From a virus (taxonomy: Duplodnaviria > Caudoviricetes): DNA of 24,056 nt. Location of the stretch: IMG/VR virus record IMGVR_UViG_3300046382_000012, positions 1-24,056 of that record. One strand, 5' to 3'. The notes under the pieces are model-generated. The model did no database searches. It worked only from the letters and a program-made list of their open reading frames with translations, and was not told the DNA's origin. A program made the translations under genes and the position numbers. This document shows positions 17,712 to 24,056 of this stretch, one piece after another (position 1 is the first letter of the stretch; each line of letters opens with the position of its first letter).

Positions 17712-19701
17712 TTGGAACAAGTCCCGTTGAAGGGTTCATTCCCTGATTAATCTCAGCTGGAACGCTGCTCCCACCCCCCAAAGGTGCACCGCCGGGGGTA
17801 GATGCTCCAGGGGCAGAAGCAGCGCCATTCCCTTCACCAACGCCTTGTCCACCTTTCGGGTTCATCATCTGACCTATGGCCAGAGTCTGTTGCATTCGAT
17901 CCGCAGCTTGGGCTTGCTCATCTGGGGAAAGCTGCAGGTCGTCCGGGTTGATGTTGAGCTTGGTCATAATTGTCGTCAAGGCCCTATCGGGGCTGAATTT
18001 CATCATAAAGGCCTGGAACAGCATCGGATTGAGCTGGACTGCTTGCATCATGGACATGAACTTCTGGAAATCCAGAGCTTTAGCCATAGTTGCAGAGAGG
18101 CCAAAGGTCCGAAACTGTGTTCTGCCACCGAAGAGTGCAAAGCGCTCTTCAGGGGAGGCGCGCATAATGATGTTTGCAACCGCCTTATTAGCCACAGAAG
18201 TCATCATCTTGCCATCGAACTCATCAGCATTCTGCAAGACGTTCATCCATGACAGATAAATGGCTCTGTCGATGATCTTGCGTTCGATGTCGGCTGTCAG
18301 ACCGTCCAAAGTGATGGCTTGGCTGTTAGAACTTTCAACAACTTCAGTTGCACGTACCTGTTTGGAGGGCAGGCTGCCCAATTTCAGCTCATTAGTGTAA
18401 ACCGCTGCATTGTATTCGCGGTCCAGAGCCTCATAAATCTGCATGGAGTCGATTGGGACGTTGCCAGTGGCACACAATTCCACTACTTTGGCATTGTGGG
18501 GCAGTGTTTGCTTGACGGCGAGGGTCATTCCTTGTTTCAGACCACCAGCAACCTGATTGGGATCCTCGAGATCCTCGAGCCTGATCTGTTTAGTGCCCCA
18601 AACAGCAGCCATGCCGCCATCCAGAATGAGATTAAACAGCTCATTTTGGGCTAGGTTCAGGCTGACGGCGTCGTCAAAGAGGGCTTTTCCCCATACAGAC
18701 CAAGGAATTCTGACGATGGGCTCCGCAATGAACGGGCTTTCTTGGTGCCAGAAGGGGTTTGGCTCAGGTTTCCGAATTAGAAAGCGCTTGTTCGCAACGG
18801 TACATACACAGTTCCGGTGGGCCACGGTCCCGTCGGACTTGAGGAGAGTGCCCCAGAATTCATCGAGTACAACTCTTTTTCGAAATGCAGGTTGGGTGAC
18901 TTCATCTTGGTTCTTGTCACGAGCTTGGCGTTTCTCATCTTCCGGCATCTTGTAGTCAGTGCCGATAAGCTGATCTACAACTGATTTATCATAGACGCCT
19001 TGTTCAGCTGCCTCGACAACTTCGTGCAAGTCCCGCTCAACGGAGTGAATCTCATAGAGACCAGCTGCGGTGGGGTCGGGGTAATAGTCTTCAGGTTGCA
19101 CTAGGTCGATACGGAGCTTCCAGGTGGTATCCTCCTCCATTTGGAGGGTGTCTTCTTCACCTGGCTTACCCTTGATGAAACCAAACTTCCGGTGTGGGGC
19201 CATGCCGCCATGCACCTTCAGGATAATGAGACTATTCAGCAGCCCCATCTTGATGGCGTCTGAGACAACCATAGGAAAGGTTGTGGATTTGTTGTTGCTC
19301 TCCCACAGATCATTCAAAAAGTTGTTAAGCATAGCGCGAAGCTGTGCGCCGCTTATGATCTTGGAAAGCTCATAGTCAACTTCAACTGAGTAGTAGTCTC
19401 CAAACTTTATCAAACCTCGCTTAATAAAGTTTCCCATAGACTCGACAGAAACTGATGTCTTAGGAATGAACTCGGTGGACTGTCCATCTTGTTTGTAGGA
19501 CCAATCCTGACGCCCCAAGTAAGCATCCATGTTTCTGTGGTTCTTACGGAGGCGAGATTGCTTCGCATCCCAAGCCTCATCTCGGCAACGCAGAACTTCT
19601 TGAATGACGGACAATTCTTCTGGATCATGTTGCCAGACAGGTTCATCATTCACCGTCGCCTGGCCAGAGCCTTTCAGTGATCTAGTTTTTGGTCGTGCCA
19701 T
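17704..19701 (-). CDS. Portal protein (podovirus-type, 665 aa)
   Basis: Follows terL and has the expected size. Motifs RIDLVQPEDYYPDP, PNPFWHQESPF, SVWGKAL and RATEV, plus a Gly/Pro-rich disordered tail. Confidence 0.88.
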   Translation of the reverse strand: MARPKTRSLKGSGQATVNDEPVWQHDPEELSVIQEVLRCRDEAWDAKQSRLRKNHRNMDAYLGRQDWSYKQDGQSTEFIPKTSVSVESMGNFIKRGLIKFGDYYSVEVDYELSKIISGAQLRAMLNNFLNDLWESNNKSTTFPMVVSDAIKMGLLNSLIILKVHGGMAPHRKFGFIKGKPGEEDTLQMEEDTTWKLRIDLVQPEDYYPDPTAAGLYEIHSVERDLHEVVEAAEQGVYDKSVVDQLIGTDYKMPEDEKRQARDKNQDEVTQPAFRKRVVLDEFWGTLLKSDGTVAHRNCVCTVANKRFLIRKPEPNPFWHQESPFIAEPIVRIPWSVWGKALFDDAVSLNLAQNELFNLILDGGMAAVWGTKQIRLEDLEDPNQVAGGLKQGMTLAVKQTLPHNAKVVELCATGNVPIDSMQIYEALDREYNAAVYTNELKLGSLPSKQVRATEVVESSNSQAITLDGLTADIERKIIDRAIYLSWMNVLQNADEFDGKMMTSVANKAVANIIMRASPEERFALFGGRTQFRTFGLSATMAKALDFQKFMSMMQAVQLNPMLFQAFMMKFSPDRALTTIMTKLNINPDDLQLSPDEQAQAADRMQQTLAIGQMMNPKGGQGVGEGNGAASAPGASTPGGAPLGGGSSVPAEINQGMNPSTGLVPNA

Positions 19702-19848
19702 ACCTTGGTCCCGGTATTCTAGCGCGCCGCCTGAGGTTTATTTCCTGGACACATGAGATGTGGATACCGATACAAAATTCGGAATTTGATTGCAAGGCAT
19801 AGCCGCAATGCCGACAGCGTTTCGCCTGTGGAATATTGTGGGGAACAT
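19682..19848 (-). CDS. Possible small zinc-finger protein (C-x2-C-x14-H-x2-C); start unresolved
   Basis: The only sizeable gap in the operon holds the open frame PHNIPQAKRCRHCGYALQSNSEFCIGIHISCVQEINLRRRAR. The coupled ATG at 19848 is in a different frame. Confidence 0.4.
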
Positions 19849-21425
19849 TAGGCGCCCCTGAGCCTGCCAGGCGTTGGTTCCGCCCCTGGTCCGAAGGCGA
19901 ACTGTCTGTCTCTTGCTGAAGCAAACTGATAGCCGGGCTGGGGGAGGTAGACGGAGTGTCGGATGTTGTCCGATGGCGGTCTGACTGGTTCTTCATAGGC
20001 TAACCAATATCCCAATGCATCGGACCAATGGGTTCTGCGAAAGTAGGGATCTTTGCGGTTACGAACCTTCTTGATGCCGCCACGGTCGTCGCGTAGAACC
20101 CCTTCGAGATCTCCAATGAGTTCTCTGCAAGAAGGATCGATCTGTAGACGCACAAGTCCGCGTTCATCCTTGCAGAGACGGTTGACCGCATTGATGCGGT
20201 CTGGAACCTTCGGATTAACGTCAGGAACTCGTAGCACAACGGAAAGCCTAAGGCGACGCATCTCTTGCAGAATGACCCAGTAATCCGTCTTGCCAGTTTG
20301 ACTAGATCTGCGCTCGGAAGTTGCATCCCCGTAGATCCATATCTCCGAACTGTGGTTACGGAATGTGTTTGCAAACAGATCACACATGTCCGGTATCGAA
20401 GCATCTTCGATTGTTAGTTCCTTATGAATGCGATAAATGCCACCATCGACCTGGCCGATTATGGATGCCATGGGCTCCACATTAAAGTCCCAGGTCCAGC
20501 ACAGGGCACGGAATGGCGAGATTTCTGGCTGCTCTCGCACATGAATAACACGGTTGAACGCAGGGTAAGCTCGGGCTCCGCCGATGCCAGGCAGCCATTC
20601 CCCATCCATACGGATGCGCCGCGCAACCGAGCCTTCAGGGTAAATGGACTCCAGTCGGGCTATTTCATCAAGGGCTATGCCTGGGTTATCATGTATTGAT
20701 GCACCAAAGACAGCCACATGGCTCAACTTCCCTTCCATCCAAGGATTGATGATCTTCGGGAATACCCAGGAAATGGTGCTTTGTTGACCCTCGGGAGGCA
20801 AGATCGTGGCTGTGCAGAAAAACTTGAGAGGGCGAGCCCCGACACGGATTGCCGACTCTTCATAGATTTCCCAGGGATGCTCTTCGTCCATGTGCATCCA
20901 GTCTTTTTCGGAACCTTGGTACTTCCGGCGACCGGAGTCGGCTGACTTGAAGCCGATGATGGACCCATTCTTGAGTTTGAGGATCTGGTCATCTACTCTC
21001 CACTGCTCAATCTCGTGAGATGGTATGAAAGGAGCCGACCGCTGTCCAGGGGGAACAAAGCCGTTATCGAAGTACTTGGGCTGAACGACGTCTCGAGAAG
21101 TTGGAAAGTCCAGAGACGAAACCCATCCAGAGGTTGCCCTGTCTCTGACTTGTATCGACGAGGATGTGCCGTCAGCATTAACTTGCACTCGAGTGTTGTC
21201 CACACCAAATCTGGCCAGAGTCGCTCCAATGTAAGAACCTGCATCCGACTTACCGGATCGGTTAGCCGCAATGAACCAGTTTTCTTTTGCGCGACCATAC
21301 AGAGTGCTCTCCACAAACTCGCGTTGCTTAGGGTGCAGTTTGTAGAGAAGGAGAGGGTCGTTGCGGCGTCTAGAGCCGATCTCCTGAGCAAGGGCGAGCA
21401 GTTGCTCTTTATCTGACCTTTCCAT
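19848..21425 (-). CDS. terL: Terminase large subunit (525 aa)
   Basis: Q-motif LHPKQ, Walker A AANRSGKS, Walker B WMHMDEE, nuclease motifs WDFN and HWSDALGY. Confidence 0.93.
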   Translation of the reverse strand: MERSDKEQLLALAQEIGSRRRNDPLLLYKLHPKQREFVESTLYGRAKENWFIAANRSGKSDAGSYIGATLARFGVDNTRVQVNADGTSSSIQVRDRATSGWVSSLDFPTSRDVVQPKYFDNGFVPPGQRSAPFIPSHEIEQWRVDDQILKLKNGSIIGFKSADSGRRKYQGSEKDWMHMDEEHPWEIYEESAIRVGARPLKFFCTATILPPEGQQSTISWVFPKIINPWMEGKLSHVAVFGASIHDNPGIALDEIARLESIYPEGSVARRIRMDGEWLPGIGGARAYPAFNRVIHVREQPEISPFRALCWTWDFNVEPMASIIGQVDGGIYRIHKELTIEDASIPDMCDLFANTFRNHSSEIWIYGDATSERRSSQTGKTDYWVILQEMRRLRLSVVLRVPDVNPKVPDRINAVNRLCKDERGLVRLQIDPSCRELIGDLEGVLRDDRGGIKKVRNRKDPYFRRTHWSDALGYWLAYEEPVRPPSDNIRHSVYLPQPGYQFASARDRQFAFGPGAEPTPGRLRGA

Positions 21426-21430
21426 CAGAC

Positions 21431-21459
21431 ATTATGTGCAGAAAACTCCAGCATTGCAA
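21431..21459 (-). promoter_or_regulatory. Sigma70-like promoter for terL / late operon
   Basis: TTGCAA-N17-CATAAT, with the -10 ending 5 nt before the terL ATG. Confidence 0.6.
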
Positions 21460-21473
21460 TGGCTTGGATGCTG

Positions 21474-21502
21474 TTGCGGGCCATTCACAAACGTGACATA
21501 AT
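21474..21502 (+). promoter_or_regulatory. Sigma70-like promoter for nrdJ
   Basis: TTGCGG-N17-CATAAT with an extended -10 TGn. Confidence 0.6.
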
Positions 21503-21538
21503 GGCATGTTTAGCACATCAACCTGGGGAACTTACAAA

Positions 21539-23239
21539 ATGCCAGAAAACAAGCCCTGTTATGGGCCACGTACTCCTGCTGCTCAGGCAGTTTTCAGCTT
21601 TAAGTATGCACAGAAAGGGGAGAGTTGGCGTGATGTCTGTAACAGGGTTTCGTCAGTGCTCGCTGACAGCGATGTACACTACCGTGAGTTTCGACAGATT
21701 TTGTTGGAGGGTAGGTTCTCCCCTGCTGGTCGCATTCTCACCGGCCTCGGCACTTCTAAGCGTGTTACTCCATACAATTGCTTCGTGTCAGGACCCATCG
21801 AAGATAGTCTTAACGGACCCGGTTCGATCATGGACCGCCTCGCACAGGCAGCTGAAACACTCAGGCGAGGTGGAGGAATAGGCTATGACTTTTCAACTAT
21901 ACGTCCGAGGGGAGACAGAGTCCGAAGTCTTGATAGTCGGGCGTCAGGGCCTGTATCGTATATCCAGGTTTATGACGCGATGGCTGCGACCATATCCTCG
22001 TCTGGAGAACGGCGAGGCGCTCAGATGGGTATCCTACGTGTGGATCATCCAGACATCGAAGAGTTTATTTACGCTAAGCAAAATTCGAACAGACTTAACA
22101 CCTTCAATCTCTCAATTGCCATCACAGACGAATTTATTTCATCGGTACAAGAAGGGGGACCTTTCACACTCAGGTTCGAGGGAAAGCAATATGGAACAGT
22201 GGATGCCAGGGTCTTATGGGAAACCATCATGCGCTCCACATGGGACTGGGCAGAGCCAGGAGTAATCTTCATTGATAAGGTGAACGAATGGAACAACCTG
22301 AGTTACTGCGAAACTATAGGTGCTACCAATCCATGCAGCGAACAGCCCCTACCTCCATTTGGAGCATGCTTGCTGGGGTCTTTCAACTTGGTCAAGTATC
22401 TGGAACCAGCAGGACCAGGGAGGAAGTACAAGCTAGACCTGGACCGGCTTGCGGGAGACGTTTCTTCTGTTGTGCGCGCGATGGACAATGTTGTGGATGT
22501 TGCTGCTTATCCACTACCAGAACAGAGACAAAGTGCCATAAATACTAGACGTATGGGCCTAGGCGTTATGGGAGTAGCTAATGCCATCGAGGCGTGTGGA
22601 CATACCTACGGGATGGAGGACTATATCGGTGTCATGGAGGACGTACTGGCAGTCATCAAGAATGAGGCTTATTTGGCTAGTGCTAACTTGGCAAAGGAAA
22701 AGGGAGCATTCCCTGCATTTGACAGAGACAAATACCTCGATACTCCATTCATCCGCGGACTCCGTTGTGATGTCAGGAAGGCTGTTGGGGACTACGGAAT
22801 TAGGAATAGCCACCTTACCTCTATCGCACCCACAGGAACTATTTCTTTCTGTCATGACAATATCTCGTCGGGGATCGAACCTGTCTTCGCAATTACAGGG
22901 CGTCGCGTGGTACAGATGTCATCAGGATCAACTACGTTCGATACAGAGGATTATGGCCATAAATACTTGGGAGTCGTACCTAAAACAGCCAGTGAAGTCA
23001 GCGCTGAGGAGCATGTGGCGGTTCTCGCTGCGGCTCAAAGACATGTTGATAGTGCAGTCAGTAAAACCTGTAATGTATCGTCGGATATGGCCTGGCGGGA
23101 CTTCCAAAGCATCTATTTTAACGCATGGAACCGAGGGGCCAAAAGCTGCGCCACCTTCCAAGACGGAGGAAAGCGCGGAAGCTTACTCGAGAAAGTAGAG
23201 ACGGTTTCGGATTGCTCAAGCGGCGCGTGTGCCGCTTAG
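21539..23239 (+). CDS. nrdJ: Class II (adenosylcobalamin-dependent) ribonucleotide reductase (~566 aa)
   Basis: Motifs SPAGRIL, YNCFV, GGGIG, RRGAQMG, TNPCSEQPL (thiyl Cys), IAPTGTIS and VDSAVSKTCN, plus a C-terminal CSSGAC pair. The class I Tyr-Tyr pair is absent (KSCATFQDG) and there is no adjacent nrdB. ATG 21539 follows GGGGAA; the start at 21506 is an alternative. Confidence 0.9.
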   Translation: MPENKPCYGPRTPAAQAVFSFKYAQKGESWRDVCNRVSSVLADSDVHYREFRQILLEGRFSPAGRILTGLGTSKRVTPYNCFVSGPIEDSLNGPGSIMDRLAQAAETLRRGGGIGYDFSTIRPRGDRVRSLDSRASGPVSYIQVYDAMAATISSSGERRGAQMGILRVDHPDIEEFIYAKQNSNRLNTFNLSIAITDEFISSVQEGGPFTLRFEGKQYGTVDARVLWETIMRSTWDWAEPGVIFIDKVNEWNNLSYCETIGATNPCSEQPLPPFGACLLGSFNLVKYLEPAGPGRKYKLDLDRLAGDVSSVVRAMDNVVDVAAYPLPEQRQSAINTRRMGLGVMGVANAIEACGHTYGMEDYIGVMEDVLAVIKNEAYLASANLAKEKGAFPAFDRDKYLDTPFIRGLRCDVRKAVGDYGIRNSHLTSIAPTGTISFCHDNISSGIEPVFAITGRRVVQMSSGSTTFDTEDYGHKYLGVVPKTASEVSAEEHVAVLAAAQRHVDSAVSKTCNVSSDMAWRDFQSIYFNAWNRGAKSCATFQDGGKRGSLLEKVETVSDCSSGACAA

Positions 23240-23281
23240 AGGGCGCCGGACATCTAGTATTATTCTAGATGCCGGGCCTCT
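23238..23281 (+). other. Long imperfect stem-loop directly after the nrdJ stop
   Basis: AGAGGGCG-CCGG-A-CATCTAG / loop TATTATT / CTAGATG-CCGG-GCCTCT. No U-tract, so terminator function is uncertain. Confidence 0.55.
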
Positions 23282-23423
23282 GCCGTTGTGGTTGGTGTTT
23301 ATACCACCTGACGTGGGTTCCTGCCTTTAGAGCAAAGTGCTGGCGAGACGTCGCGCCTCTTCCACGGGATCACCGGCCAGCACGCCACGGTCTTGAAAAA
23401 GCCCCAGAAAAGGAGATTTGTCA

Positions 23424-23633
23424 ATGCTGCATGGCACAACGGCTCCTGGTCAGAGCAACAACATGCTGTGGGCCTTGGCCCAGGGTTTCGTAGGGACGAC
23501 GCTGCTGCTGGGGGGAGTGGCGTGTTTTACGTTTCTGGTGTTTATGGCTGTGACGGAACCACTTGGAAAGAGGCTGGATAGGATACACCATGGCTCAGTT
23601 GAAACCGCAGAACGGAGCGAATTGGCCGAGTAG
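23424..23633 (+). CDS. Small membrane protein (69 aa)
   Basis: AAGGAG 8 nt before ATG 23424; hydrophobic segment LWALAQGFVGTTLLLGGVACFTFLVFMAV. Confidence 0.55.
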   Translation: MLHGTTAPGQSNNMLWALAQGFVGTTLLLGGVACFTFLVFMAVTEPLGKRLDRIHHGSVETAERSELAE

Positions 23634-23856
23634 GGGCAAGACGCAAGATGATGGGGATGTGCCCAGCCCGTGGGCTGGAGTGGAACTGGCCATGGGAGCG
23701 AAGCCCCAGGGCAGGAAAAGGTGGGGTGGTCAGAGACAGGGGTTGGGAAGTACGCCGCCGAGCGATGGACCATGGAAGCCTGCTGCAGAAGAGTTGGCTA
23801 GATTGATTCCACCACATACCAGAGTTAAACGATCTGAACCGGGGAGTAGTCTCTAA
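23590..23856 (+). CDS. Hypothetical protein (88 aa, MAQLKPQNG...)
   Basis: AGGA upstream of ATG 23590; overlaps the previous ORF by 44 nt; no recognisable motif. Confidence 0.35.
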   Translation: MAQLKPQNGANWPSRGKTQDDGDVPSPWAGVELAMGAKPQGRKRWGGQRQGLGSTPPSDGPWKPAAEELARLIPPHTRVKRSEPGSSL

Positions 23857-23958
23857 GAGGGTTCAGAAACTTAAGCACGCGCGTGAGAGTTCATGAACTG
23901 ACAAATTAGCCACTGTACACCCCACCCCCTGTGTCTTCCCAGTGACTGTTGCATGAAC

Positions 23959-23994
23959 GCGGAAACCTCACCCTTTTGGGTGAGGTTTTGCCGC
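23959..23994 (+). terminator. Strong hairpin, possible intrinsic terminator
   Basis: AAACCTCACCC-TTTT-GGGTGAGGTTT is a perfect 11-bp stem, extended by GCGG/CCGC; the T-tract is short. Confidence 0.55.
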
Positions 23995-24056
23995 AGTTTG
24001 TTGCTCAACTGCCTCGATTCAGTGACAAAAGGCACTGTTTCGGGGCAGTGGCCGGC

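Noticed and set aside
21426-21538. Cobalamin riboswitch upstream of nrdJ
   Set aside because: Region too short, occupied by two promoters, and no B12-box recognised
22581-23198. 205-aa alternate-frame ORF inside nrdJ
   Set aside because: No recognisable motif or RBS; treated as a frame artefact
19848-23239. Inteins or introns in terL or nrdJ
   Set aside because: Both ORFs are compact and continuous, with no splicing or homing-endonuclease motifs
23269-23493. 74-aa Cys-rich plus-strand ORF
   Set aside because: Start is buried in a hairpin with no RBS, and it overlaps a better-supported ORF
23860-24056. tRNA gene
   Set aside because: No cloverleaf or T-loop consensus found on either strand

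Overview
This window is part of a tailed dsDNA phage genome with podovirus-type architecture. About 21.4 kb of tightly coupled minus-strand late genes run, in reading order: large terminase, portal, a cluster of small basic or Pro/Gly-rich proteins, scaffold, N4-gp56-like major capsid, probable decoration protein, adaptor, nozzle with an inserted LamG domain, Zn-binding protein, tail fibre, GNAT-like protein, ejection-type protein with a C-terminal S74 chaperone, a four-gene fibre/appendage cassette, a large ejection-type protein, and a truncated gene (absent from the ORF track) carrying an M23 peptidase motif. A class II (B12-dependent) ribonucleotide reductase is transcribed divergently from terL, from back-to-back sigma70-like promoters. 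It is followed by small ORFs and a palindrome- and hairpin-dense non-coding end. No rRNA, tRNA, CRISPR array, integrase or RT was seen. All product calls come from motif recognition and synteny by eye; no database search was run.
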